The notes below the pieces were generated by a model. It was given only the letters and a program-made list of their open reading frames with translations. It made no database searches and was not told the DNA's origin. Shown one piece after another: positions 41,385 through 52,315 of a stretch of DNA of 64,000 nt. The stretch comes from an uncultured Nitrospiraceae bacterium (GTDB taxonomy: Bacteria > Nitrospirota > Thermodesulfovibrionia > Thermodesulfovibrionales > SM23-35). Where the stretch lies: the NCBI GenBank assembly GCA_963718855.1, contig CAVRAA010000002.1:50225-114224 (forward strand). Reading direction: 5' to 3'. How positions within the stretch are numbered: the stretch's first letter is position 1; each line of letters begins with the position of its first letter. Both the position numbers and the translations under genes were made by a program.

Positions 41385-42023
41385 GTGTTGTCTGCTGATT
41401 TATATGTTGAGAAGATAAACTTTCTCAGATATCTGAATCAGTCCGACTGCAGGGAATGCGGCTTCCCTTCGTGCAACGAATTTATCCTCGCGCTCCGGGC
41501 AGGAAGAGCGGAAACTCATGCCTGCTCTTTTCTCAGCCGGAATAAGGCGTATGCATTCGAGGCAATAGGGAAGATTCAGGAACTGTGGCCTGAAGTGCCT
41601 CTCCTCACACACCCGAGACCGGGCTTTACCGGCCTCATCGAACTCAACAATCCTGAACCATCCTCCCTGGTGCTCGTCACCGGGAATAACGAATACACCG
41701 GGGAAGTCATCATGACAGTCCTGGGGACGACCTTATGCCCGTTTTTTGTCATCTTTGCCGATACCGGCGGCAATACGGTTGATATGGCCATGATCTATCA
41801 GACTTTGACAGCGGAGATAATATGCGGCGCCCTCAATGAAACAGGCATCGGGGATAAAGTACAGGCGCAGGAACTTCTTATCCCAGGGCTCGCGGGGCCA
41901 CTGAAAGAAGACATCGAAAGACTGTCAGGGTGGAAGGTGAGGGTAGGGCCGGTATGCGCGGCTGAACTGCCGCTTTTCCTTTCCGAACTATGGATTCCGC
42001 CGGAAACGGTAAATGGGCAATGA
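41385..42023 (+). CDS. Fe-S protein: N-terminal 4Fe-4S domain + corrinoid Fe-S protein (AcsC/CdhE)-like C-terminal domain
   Basis: DCRECGFPSC...C; LVTGNN, DTGG, LLIPGLA, GWKVRVGP..AAELP. Confidence 0.7.
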   Translation: MLSADLYVEKINFLRYLNQSDCRECGFPSCNEFILALRAGRAETHACSFLSRNKAYAFEAIGKIQELWPEVPLLTHPRPGFTGLIELNNPEPSSLVLVTGNNEYTGEVIMTVLGTTLCPFFVIFADTGGNTVDMAMIYQTLTAEIICGALNETGIGDKVQAQELLIPGLAGPLKEDIERLSGWKVRVGPVCAAELPLFLSELWIPPETVNGQ

Positions 42024-42098
42024 ACAATTATAAATAAGCAATTATCAATGCAAAATTGTTCAACGGGTGGCATTGTTGAATTGCGTATTGTTCATTGA

Positions 42099-42198
42099 GT
42101 AGCCGCAGGCTTTAGCCTGCGCAGATGCGCAAACTAAAGTTTGCAGCTACCATTATTTGCGTATCAAGGATCCACGCAGGCTAAAGCCTGCGGCTACC
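42099..42198. repeat. cluster of three GTAG-type REP hairpins
   Basis: GTAGCCGCAGGCTTTAGCCTGCG, CGCAAACTAAAGTTTGCAGCTAC, CGCAGGCTAAAGCCTGCGGCTAC. Confidence 0.8.
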
Positions 42199-42245
42199 AT
42201 TCTGGATGTGTTAGAATAAGTGAATTAATTCTGGAGGTTACCATA

Positions 42246-43244
42246 ATGGAGAGAATTCTTCTCGGTCACGGCAGCGGCGGGAGACTGATGTATCAGTTAA
42301 TCAGAGATCATTTTGTCCCGAAATTCGGGATGAGATCATTGAACGACTCCGCAGTGCTTACCGGTCTCAATAAAGGAAAAGTTGCGTTCACCACGGATTC
42401 ATATGTAGTCTCACCGATATTTTTCCCCGGGGGGGATATCGGCGAGCTTGCGGTATACGGTACCGTGAATGACCTCTCCATGGTCGGGGCGAAACCGTTA
42501 TATCTTACATCGGGGCTCATCATCGAAGAGGGCTTTCCCCTCGCTGACCTGAAGAAAATTCTTGCATCCATGTCCAACGCAGCGGAAAAAGCAGGGGTCA
42601 GGATCGTTGCCGGAGACACAAAGGTAGTCAACAAAGGTAAAGCCGATGGAATATTCATTAATACTGCAGGGATTGGAGTTGTTCCAACAGGGCTCGACAT
42701 ATCCCCGGTTAAGGTGAAGCCTGCTGATAAAGTCATACTCAGCGGCCCAATTGGCAACCATGGCATATCCGTTATCGGGGAGAGGAACGGTCTTACGTTC
42801 AATCCTCCAGTCCTCAGCGATACAGCGCCTCTCAACGGGCTTGTCAGCTCCATGCTTAAAAAAAGCAAAAAAATACATACCATGAGAGACCCTACCAGGG
42901 GCGGTCTTGCGACTACTCTCAAGGAAATTGCCACGGATTCCGGCTGCTGTATTGTTATCGACGAGGGTGCAATTCCCGTTCCTCCTGGCGTCAAGGGAGC
43001 GTGCGAGCTTCTCGGGCTCGATCCGCTCTATGTAGCCAATGAAGGGATCCTCATTGCGGTGGTCAGCCCTGAGGTTGCTGATCCTCTCGTTAAGGTTATG
43101 CGGGCGCATCCGAATGGAAAAGGGTCCCGCATCATTGGAGAAGTGAAGAAATCGCCTACCGGCATGGTCCTGTTAAAGACAGCCATCGGCGGCACGAGAA
43201 TCATAGAAATGCTTTCAGGCGATCAGCTGCCGAGAATATGTTAG
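42246..43244 (+). CDS. hypE: hydrogenase expression/formation protein
   Basis: LGHGSGG, TTDSYVV, GTVNDL, GDTKVV, RDPTRGG, ANEG, C-terminal LPRIC. Confidence 0.96.
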   Translation: MERILLGHGSGGRLMYQLIRDHFVPKFGMRSLNDSAVLTGLNKGKVAFTTDSYVVSPIFFPGGDIGELAVYGTVNDLSMVGAKPLYLTSGLIIEEGFPLADLKKILASMSNAAEKAGVRIVAGDTKVVNKGKADGIFINTAGIGVVPTGLDISPVKVKPADKVILSGPIGNHGISVIGERNGLTFNPPVLSDTAPLNGLVSSMLKKSKKIHTMRDPTRGGLATTLKEIATDSGCCIVIDEGAIPVPPGVKGACELLGLDPLYVANEGILIAVVSPEVADPLVKVMRAHPNGKGSRIIGEVKKSPTGMVLLKTAIGGTRIIEMLSGDQLPRIC

Positions 43245-43365
43245 AGGCAAGGGGTCAAGGATTCGAGGGGCCGAGGATTCGAGTGACGAATAAAAAGAAA
43301 AACACTCAACCACTGGAATCCTGTCACCCTGGCGACCCGAAGCGAATCCTGGAATCCTCGAACCC
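43245..43365. repeat. inverted arrays of GGATTCGA-like octamers
   Basis: ggggtcaagggattcgaggggccgaggattcgag ... gaatcctggaatcctcgaacc. Confidence 0.65.
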
Positions 43366-43393
43366 TTTTGTATACTGGTAAGGAATAGAACAA

Positions 43394-44106
43394 ATGCTTC
43401 TTGGCGTAAATATTGATCATGTGGCCACGATACGGCAGGCGCGGTTGGGCGCAGATCCCGATCCTGTCATGGCCGCTACATTGGCGATACTCGGCGGAGC
43501 AGACGGGATCACCCTCCATTTGCGGGAGGACAGACGCCACATCCAGGACCGGGATCTCAGGCTTCTGAGAGAAATTGTCCCCTGTGAGCTTAACCTTGAA
43601 ATGGCTGCAACAAAGGAGATGATCGGCATTGCGCTGAAGACGAAGCCCGATCTTGTCACCCTTGTGCCTGAAAAAAGGCAGGAGCTTACGACAGAAGGCG
43701 GGCTTGATGTTGGTTCGCAGAAAAAAACAGTGAGAGAAGCGGTCAGAAAAATCCGTGACGCGGGAATTCCCGTGAGTCTTTTTATCAATCCCGACCGGGA
43801 TGATATAGAGATATCGAAGCAGACAGGCGCGGATATGGTGGAGATACATACCGGCATGTACGCGAATGCAAAAAAGAAAAGACAGGAAGAAGAACTCGTC
43901 CGCGTTATGAAGGCGGCAGAGCATGCGCTGAAGGTCGGGATTATGGTAAATGCAGGGCACGGGCTTAATTACTCAACGTATCAGGATGCGCTTCCATTCA
44001 GGGGCTTCGGGGGCTCTATATCGGACACAGTATTATTTCACGGGCAGTACTCACTGGGATGGAAAAGGCGGTAAGAGAGATGAAAGAATTGATAAAGAAT
44101 GCTTGA
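43394..44106 (+). CDS. pdxJ: pyridoxine 5'-phosphate synthase, frameshift near 43975
   Basis: [39 protein letters not shown]; IGHSIISRA in shifted frame. Confidence 0.93.
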
Positions 44107-44118
44107 AGGAAGATTAAA

Positions 44119-44579
44119 ATGGAAAAAAATATTTTGATTCTATGCTGCGGCTATCCCTGGGCAACTGATATGGCATTTGGCTATCATGTATTGAAAGCTT
44201 TGGAGAAGATGCACTTCCCGGAAATGTAGAAATCATGGAGGTCGGGGATTCAGCCTGTATGATTCCGGCATTCGTTGAAGGTAAGGACAAACTTGGTCGT
44301 TGTTGATATTTTCAGGGTCGATTGCTAAGCCTAGTGACCGATAGTCCGTCTGAAGCAAGCGGAGGTTCCCGGTTACTGTTAACAGCAAAACAGATATTGA
44401 TAAATTTCATCTTATGGAAATGCTTGAACAAATCAAAATCAGCGGCAAATGCCCTGAGGCTATTTTTATCGGTGTTGTGCCAAAGGACTCAGAGGACAAG
44501 CGGAGAAAAATTAACGCCTGTAATAAAAAAACAAATCCCCAAGGTTATAGATTTAATCATGCAAGAGATAAACCCATAG
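44119..44579 (+). CDS. divergent hydrogenase maturation protease-like protein, multiple frameshifts
   Basis: ILILCCGYPWATDMAFG..VL..L, NVEIMEVG, KLVVVD, H....ML, IFIGVVP, LTPVIKKQIPKVIDLI; HybD/HyaD-like order of motifs. Confidence 0.6.
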
Positions 44580-44616
44580 GGCTATCTTCAGTCTGCGAAG
44601 TACGTTTTGTCAGCAT

Positions 44617-45782
44617 TTATTGAAGAGTCGGACCGGTTAGGGCATGATGGAATATAAATACTTTAATAAATTCCTTGCGGGTTACTTCTGATTTGACAAA
44701 CGTTGCTTGTTGTTGGATAACTGCCCGGGTTATGATCTCTCCATGGCAGGAAAGGTAACACTCCCCTGCCCGATTCCCCAAATCATTGAATTCAGGGCAC
44801 CGCTGCTTGAAGGACTGACTGGAGATACTGTTCAGATCGATAAGATGAGAATATTGCATACTGCCATGGACATTATGGCCGTACGACAGGAAGTTCCGGC
44901 AACGGAAACATGCAGATTATGAAACTGAAAACTCTCATTGCTCAGGATACTCGTTCTCGTGTGACAATTGTAACAGAGTTCATACTGAAAACCTTTCTGA
45001 ACCATCTACTCCGAAAAATTCTTCTTTAAAATATACTTATAAGTTGGAGCCATGTGGGCCCTCGGGCCCGAAAGGATCATCATTCCCGTGGCAATCAGTG
45101 CATTTGATAATGCTTGATACCGTTAATGGATACGATAAGACTTGGCACATTGACATTTCTGCCCGAAGCCAAGGATTGGATGATATGAAGGGCGTGAAAC
45201 ATCAAACATATTCCCCTTGTTTGATTGATTCCCAGGGAGATTTCCTATTTGCATGACACTTGAAACAAAGTTCATATTCGTCAATGATCTGTCTCTACCT
45301 GTTCCCCCTGAGCATTGTCTCCTTTGATGCCTAATGTTTTGTTGATTTTTAATACATAGTGATGATGGTGCAATCCATATAAGTTACTTCCATGGGCATT
45401 GATTCGTCTACCTGAGGATAGGTTTTTCGAACCCTCACTGCACATATGCGTATTATTTTTGATAGGAGTCAATATGGTTTTTCAAATTCTACTCTGCAGG
45501 TCTATCTAATTCACATCCTTTCCCAAATCGCCAGTCTGTTTTACTTTTGTATTTGCATACTATTACCATGACACCTGAAGCAAAAAGAATTTCTGTCCTG
45601 GGCAGCATAGGAGTATTAGGTTTCCCATGGCCTTTATGGCAACTTCCACAGCCTTTTGGAATTTTAGTTCCATCTCTATGTGCCCTTTTAGATGCCTGTG
45701 AGAAGACCAATGGCGGTATCAAGACAATACTTAATGATATCATCATTAGCGCTATGCATATACATGTAATTTTCTTGTTCAA
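44617..45782 (-). CDS. multiheme c-type cytochrome (~8 hemes), multiple frameshifts
   Basis: signal peptide; clean CGSCH, CFRCH, CFKCH, CTDCH, CYNCH; two indel-damaged motifs; terminal CYLSCH. Confidence 0.75.
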
Positions 45783-45810
45783 AGTAGTAGAGTTACCCCA
45801 TTTTAAAGGT

Positions 45811-46541
45811 TCAGTATAATCGTGTCTCCATATAGACAGGAAAATTATCATCATGGCACACTAAGCATACATCATCATAGGTTTCTTTTCGCCAAAAGGG
45901 TGGCGGAGGAACACCATTGACCGTTATTCCTCTTCCGCCGTGAGGATCATGGCAGGAGGTACACTGGACACCGTATCCGCCCTGCGTAGGATAAAGTTTC
46001 ACATAGGGGTCATCATCGGCCAAATAAGCTTCATGGGAAAATCAAGTGAGGGATCATTTCTCATGCTCGACCAAATTAGCATCAAAGATAATCGATATAG
46101 GGTGGCCACCCCCCAGATCTGTTCCCAAATATCCGTGATCGTCTACAGATAATATGTCAGGAAATGTTTCAATAGTTGCTGTTACTAATGCCCCGAGAGC
46201 GATCGTCCCATCGTGACAGCCCAGACAAAGTTTTGAATAACCATCAATGGGCGGAGCACTGCCCGGTGCATAGGGCTGCAGCGTATCGCTTTCATATGCA
46301 GTGTATGTGACTCCATTAGAGACTTGATGATTCCATAAAGGATAATCAGGCGATGCATTATGAGGGGTATGACAGAAAATACAAATCTGGCTTTCCTCGG
46401 ATAATACACCAAGTCATAGCGAAACGGGTTAGAAGCAGATAAATTATGCCTTGTGCTTGCAACTCCACCGTAAGCATTAAAACATAAAATAAAAAAACTT
46501 AAACAATATAATCCGATAATTAGTGGTTTTAAAATTTTCAA
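45811..46541 (-). CDS. OmcE-like tetraheme cytochrome c (candidate nanowire subunit), frameshifted
   Basis: rebuilt across frames: signal, STRHNLS, QICIFCHTPHNA, PLWN, SKLCLGCHDG, LGTDLGGGHPI, VQCTSCHDPH, PFWR, VCLVCH. Confidence 0.8.
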
Positions 46542-46656
46542 TAGTTTTTTTATACATAATTATAAATTACAAATTACAGGGACAAAAAAGCAAGTTTATT
46601 AGAAAGCACATAGCTTCATACCCAAATCCCTATACTAGAGTTATGACCTGCCTGAT

Positions 46657-46743
46657 TCATTGTGCGAGAACCAGAGAAGGAGTTCGAAGCAATCATTAAG
46701 CATCTGGAAAAGACTGGATTGCTTCGCTGCTGCTCGCAATGAC
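46657..46743. repeat. CGTC-type REP-like palindrome
   Basis: tcattg..gcgag...cgaagcaatc / gattgcttcg...ctcgcaatga. Confidence 0.6.
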
Positions 46744-46905
46744 AAATTTCCGTAAAGGGATTAGGTCTTTACTGAAGACTGTCTATATTAACTCAGGGTT
46801 TGTCATTATAGCGCTTGCCCGGTGGATCCATGATTCGACACGCTCATCATCGCATTTTTTTGTATCACATTCCTGTAGCCCTGAGTTTCTCGAAGGATTT
46901 TGCTA

Positions 46906-47964
46906 TTATGGCCTCTTAAGATATTGAAATACCTGAATCCTATTATTATAAGAATCAGCAATATAAATCCGGTCGTTACTGTCAATAAATATTCCCGCGG
47001 GGATAAAGAAGTCACCATTTCCGCTTCCGGAACTGCCGAACCATAGCAGTAATTTGCCATTCTTGTCGAATATCTGAACATTATCAAAATGTGCGTCAGT
47101 GATATATATATTGCCTTCTGAATCAACTGCCACGCCTTTGGGTTTAGAAAAATTTCCTGATCCGTCTCCAAGTTTACCGAACGTAGATATAAATTCGCCA
47201 TCTCTGTTGAAAATCTGGACTCTGAAATTCATTGAATCAAGAATATAAAGAAGATTGTCCTTTCCGATAAAGATATTTGTTGGGTAATTAAATTCTCCCT
47301 TAGCTGAACCATGTGTGCCGAATCTGAACAGGTACAGACCTGTAGATTGGGAAAATACAAACACCTGATGCCGATGAGTGTCAACTACATACATACGGTC
47401 TTCATCAATTGCTATGCCAGTTGGCCTTATAAATCCTTCAGGTGGAACCATGCTCCGCAGATATTTTCCCTCCTTATCAAATACAAAAACATTTTTCAGC
47501 ACAGAGTCCGACAGGAATATCTGACCATTTGCATGTATGGTAATTCCTATAGGAGACATGAGAGCCTCTCCGTTAATCTCATATATCCGGGAATATTTTT
47601 TCCTTTTTACATCAAAGATATGAATGCAAGCAAGTCCCGGATCCGTCACATAAATAATTTCAGAATCAGCGACTATACCATAAGGCCTCAACATTTGTTC
47701 GCCATGTTCTTCTCTGCCCAACACTGTATCTACTGCTTTCTTAAACCAGGATTTTTGAATGCCTAAATCATCTGGGCCCCTGATGGTTTTGATTAGTTGA
47801 ATTCTCGGATCATGTGGAGGCCACGATAGAATACCGTCGCCCGTCAGTGCATCGGAATCTTTGTTAAGGTAAGTATTTTTTACGCAGGCCGCAGACGGAA
47901 ATATAAGGCATAAAAAAATTATAAGTGGAAAAAAGTTACAAATCCTAATCGCGCGAGAAATCAT
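46906..47964 (-). CDS. NHL-repeat six-bladed beta-propeller lipoprotein
   Basis: SAAC lipobox, WPP, repeated F..P.GIA.D...IY..D..N.R.Q.F units. Confidence 0.9.
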   Translation of the reverse strand: MISRAIRICNFFPLIIFLCLIFPSAACVKNTYLNKDSDALTGDGILSWPPHDPRIQLIKTIRGPDDLGIQKSWFKKAVDTVLGREEHGEQMLRPYGIVADSEIIYVTDPGLACIHIFDVKRKKYSRIYEINGEALMSPIGITIHANGQIFLSDSVLKNVFVFDKEGKYLRSMVPPEGFIRPTGIAIDEDRMYVVDTHRHQVFVFSQSTGLYLFRFGTHGSAKGEFNYPTNIFIGKDNLLYILDSMNFRVQIFNRDGEFISTFGKLGDGSGNFSKPKGVAVDSEGNIYITDAHFDNVQIFDKNGKLLLWFGSSGSGNGDFFIPAGIFIDSNDRIYIADSYNNRIQVFQYLKRP

Positions 47965-49795
47965 ATTATTCTGCTGACTTTAAGCTCGATTCTTCTATCG
48001 AGTCTTTCCCTCTCTCACCAGTATCAAATTTTCTAATTCTGCCATCAAATATCACGAATACCCTGCCCTTCTGGTAACGGGTCTCGAGTTCAAAACTGCT
48101 CTCTTTCGTGTCCGAGTACCCCTCGAGTTCTTGCCATATTTCACGCCACAATGCAGAGAGTAATAAGGTTCTTTTAATGGGATAGTTCATTCTGCCTTCA
48201 TAGAAGTATCTTGATCTCTCCCTTGCTTTGGTTTCTCCCGTGTCGTATCCTGATTTCAGATTAACGGTTATGCCTTTTCTGAAAAAATACGCCAAATCTG
48301 CTCTCAACGTGAGGAGAGTTGTATCTTCTTCGAAGCGCTCGGTATTAGACAAAAAACCCGAGTCAAAAGAATCAAAGACACCGGTCCTCAAAGGTCGCTT
48401 TCCTTCAGTATTCGACTTATAATATTGACCTTCGACATTCCAGAATGATCTTCCGAAGGTTCTTCCGGGCAACTTTCCCCTGATTCCGAGTCTCATAATA
48501 TTCCCTGTGGTTGTGGACTCATATTTTAATAGGTTGCTTTCATCAAAAGAATCGTCACTCCCCTTTTCAAGATATTGATAATTTTCTTCAGACCTGAAGA
48601 ACACATAATTCAGATAAAGCGTGCCAATTCTGATTTTTGAGGTGGTCATGTTCAATTCAAAGCGATGTTCATTAGAATCGCCTCTTCTCTCATCTTCTTG
48701 TGCAAAGAATCTGTAATATGAAGAGAAATTGAACTGCTTCCAAAGCCATCCATAACTGAGACTGGAGCCCAATCCCTCAGTATGCCAGCTTTCATCATCT
48801 ACTTCATTGCTGCCGTATCTAAGGGATAGGGAGGCACTCAACCTATCCATCAATCGGTAGGACCATGAACCCCAGAGAGATTGACGAGTTGCTTTGATAT
48901 TTTTGTCTTCGATGTCCAGTTCCTTTGATCCCGTAAATGTTGTGTCCGATTTCAGGTAGTCGTAGCCGTAAAAATGGGTAAAGCGTTTTCCATAGCCGAA
49001 ATCAAGATTACTTGATAACCCTGAATATTTTGATTCATCACTTTTTACATAACTTAAATAATTGGAGAGAGAAATGCCATTTTTTAGAGTGGAAAAGGTA
49101 TTGAGACGGTAATCCTGTACAGAAAAATTGCCATCGGGACGTGAATAATCAGCTATATCAACAAAGCCCTGGTATCTCGTTCGCAATAAAGCCCAGAAAC
49201 CTCGCACATCAAGGGTGTACCTGTCGAGTGTAATTCTGTCCACTTCATCTCTAACACGCAATATGTCGTATTCGTAATGGTAGTACTCGAGTCGTATTGC
49301 AGGAAGGTTCCTCTTTTTGACTCTCATGCGAAATCCGTACAACTCAGAATTGGTATCAACGGTCTCACCCGTCCAGTCGACAGTATAATAGATCTTTCTT
49401 GCATAGACATCGAAAGAGACCGGTCGATATGGAAGGAATGTTGTCAATAAGTCATAACCCATGTCGCTTGACTCATTGCCGTAGCCACCCTTAGCTCTGA
49501 ATATTGTATCTTCATAATGGATAGTTGCATTAAAAATTGCAAGTCTTGGGTGGTAAATATATCCCTCGGCACCAAGTCTATAGTACTGTTGAAAGGTCCG
49601 GGTTTCGGCGTCCCTGTCTCCGGAGTCAAAACTTGATTTGACGTTATAGCTTCTAAAAGTTAACTCGATGAGACCATGAAATTGAAATCGATGAGGATAT
49701 TCGACTCTCATCTGAGCATCGGCGGCGCCAATAAAAGATATTGCCGCAGAAAAAGCAATCGCTAAAATTAATACGTTGACCCCTTTTCTCTTCAC
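47961..49795 (-). CDS. putative outer-membrane beta-barrel (porin-like) protein
   Basis: GGAGG then GTG 49795; signal peptide; Tyr/Phe/Ser-rich alternating strands over ~600 aa, GYIYHPRL motif; last codons frameshifted (IELKVSRII*). Confidence 0.75.
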
Positions 49796-49949
49796 GAAGA
49801 CGAGATCCTCCAAAACTTTTCACAATGCCCACATTTTATTATAATATATGCACTATTAAAATATTTTAAATTACGCAATGAATGAAAATGCTCTTTTCCA
49901 CGAGGCGAAAAAATGAAGGATATATGAATAGTTTCTTTGGGTACTTACA

Positions 49950-50992
49950 TTACTCTTTTAAATATTGAAAGACTTGAACTCTTTTGTTATAGGTATCAGA
50001 AACATATATTTTGTCATCCTTATCAATAAACATTCCTGAAGGCAGGGCAAACTCTCCCGCTTTTCTGCCCGCCAGCCCAACCCAGAGCAGTAATTTCCCC
50101 TGTTCATTAAATATCTGGAAATTATTGAACGCTGTATCAACAACATAGACATTTCCGTCTGAGTCTACACCTATCCCTGCCGGTCTTGAGAAATACCCGG
50201 AAGCATCACCCAATTTCCCGAATTTTTTTATAAAATTTCCGTCGGGGGTCAAAAATTTGAACCCTGAAATTAAAGGAATCAACAACGTACAACCGGCCGT
50301 TCCTGTCGAGAGCCAAATAACTGGGATAGTTAAACTCCCCATCTTCAGCGCCTCTTTTGCCGATAGTGAAAAGGTTTCGGCCATCATTATCAATACTTTT
50401 ACAACATGGTCTTGCGAATCAGCGACATAAAGCCGTTCTCTTTGCTCATCGAAGACCATTCCAGCCGGCCTTTTAAATTCAGAGGGACTGCCGATTGTCA
50501 TGAGGACGCTGTCTGAATTAGCATCGATGGCAAAGACCTTTCTTAGTCTGGCGTCGGATACATAAAGAACGCCCTTCTTATTGTTTATCGCAAGTCCAAT
50601 CGGACCACCAAGTCGGCCCGTACCCAAAAATCTCAATACATTTTTCTTGCGGTCGAAGACAAATACGATACGAATTTCAGACTCGGCAACGTAGATATTT
50701 CCGGATGCGTCGACAACTACTCCATTTGGTCTTCTTAATGCCTCAACTCTTTCTTTTCCGATAAGAAATTCCATAACCTGACCAGGCTTTCCAAAGTCAT
50801 ATTTATTTGACCATGTTTCAATAAACTTTATGCGTGCGGGAGCTGGAGGGGGTGGCCAAACGGAAGTTGTCTCTGATGACGCAGCAGGGGCAGAAGACAC
50901 TGATGGGTACCTGCGCAACTCGCCATCATTGTCGAAAAAAACAGAATTACGAATAAAAAAACAAAAGCAACAAGAGATATCGATCTGTGCAT
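49950..50992 (-). CDS. second NHL-repeat lipoprotein, frameshifted
   Basis: MASCAG lipobox, VWPPPP..ARI, NHL repeats, ends RVQVFQYL like 46906..47964. Confidence 0.85.
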
Positions 50993-51059
50993 GATTATTT
51001 CCTTTATCGACAATAATGTAACTGCTGAAATAGCTATAAAATAACTGTGCAAAAATTAA

Positions 51060-52031
51060 TCAATAAAATTTATGACATCTCGCGCAAATATTTCCTTGCG
51101 GAAAAAGTTTTGCAAAATCCGAACTATGAGGATTGTGGCATGTAACGCAATTCATATCTCTGCCAGGATTATCAGGGTCAGGCACCTCCAAAGTTTTTGT
51201 GGGGGCAAAAGGATCGGTAATCTTCTTGGTTCCCGGGAATGCAGGATCTTTAACACCTTGAAGCGGATGGATTTTTTTCTTTCCCAGGGATCGATACAAT
51301 GTGACGCCCGTCGGATTTATTCGCGTGACAGCTTGTACAGAGTTCGAAGAGAGGCTGTACAAGCATCGCCTTATCGTTGCTCACATGCGGAGTATGACAT
51401 AAGGTGCAGCCGCCGGGCATCGAGACTACTGCATGAACAGTCTTCTTTGTGAACTTTGCCTTCTCATGGCATGCATAGCATGCATCCGGCATCTCGTTGC
51501 TGAGGAGTTTACTGCGCATTTGATGCATGCGGAGCATGGCAGCCGGTGCACATGCCGATGGTAGCGTGGCCATATTTCCCCTTGAATCTGTTTTCATCAT
51601 GGCAATTATAACAGAGGCCGGGCACATCACCCAAGAGAATCTTGCTGTAATTTGACTGATGGGGATCATGGCATCCCGTACACATTCCGCTGGTTATGGG
51701 GGTATGCACTGACTTGCCCTTAAATTTTGATTCGTCATGGCAGGTGTAACAGAGTCCGGGCATCGGTTGTGTCAGTTTGATGCTTCCTTTCTGGCCGGGA
51801 TGTGTCTTCCCCTCAACCGCCACATGGCAGGAGGAACAACCCAAGTGCGATAGCGGCATGAACACTCTTTGCGCGCTCCTTCATTTTCACGTGACAAGTC
51901 AGACATTGGCTGTCATCAGCGGAAAACGCCGGGTCTGCGAGAACAGAAAAAACGATGAAAGTCGTTGAGAGCAAGATGGTAAACAGTCTGAGTTTGGCAG
52001 TAAGCATCAATTCGTTTCGTCTATCCTTCAT
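51060..52031 (-). CDS. multiheme cytochrome c (11 CXXCH, doubled-CXXCH type), frameshifted
   Basis: signal; CLTCH, CSSCH, CYTCH, CTGCH, CYNCH, CTGCH, CYACH, CTLCH, CTSCH, CVTCH, CARCH. Confidence 0.85.
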
Positions 52032-52255
52032 TAAGCTTTTATTTAGTTTAAATATGTTCTTTCTTCCGTGTCAAGAACTATTGTCGGATAAAAATGAGAC
52101 GGAGTACCGAATTACCACCTGGCGGCATCGAGCGACCCCTCTTAAATAGGAGGGAACTTTTAATTCCCCCTCTTGACTAAGAAGGGGTGACTCAAAGGTC
52201 AGGGACAGGTGAGGTATAAAACTGATAATAATCCTTTGTGAGTATGCGGATTATC

Positions 52256-52294
52256 AAAAAAAAGCCCGGGAGGTTTTAATCCTCCCGGGCTTTT
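52256..52294 (-). terminator. rho-independent terminator
   Basis: gcccgggagg stem with U-tract downstream of the dodecaheme pair. Confidence 0.85.
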
Positions 52295-52315
52295 CATCCT
52301 TAGCTATACTGAGGG

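Noticed and set aside
41385-42023. Mercury methylase HgcA
   Set aside because: No NVWCA cap-helix motif, no TM domain, no adjacent hgcB
42141-42245. N-terminal extension of HypE; also ORF 54203-54469
   Set aside because: Translation of REP DNA; the real hypE start is ATG 42246 after GGAGG
46040-46062. TGA codons in the OmcE-like gene as selenocysteine
   Set aside because: They are not at Cys-equivalent positions and lie in an indel-shifted stretch where another frame is open
46542-46905. Sigma54 promoter or riboswitch upstream of the OmcE-like gene
   Set aside because: No TGGCAC-N5-TTGC seen; the structured part is explained by a REP-like palindrome
47961-49795. Naming the barrel MtrB/OmbB/ExtB
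   Set aside because: I cannot assign the family by eye; it needs a profile search
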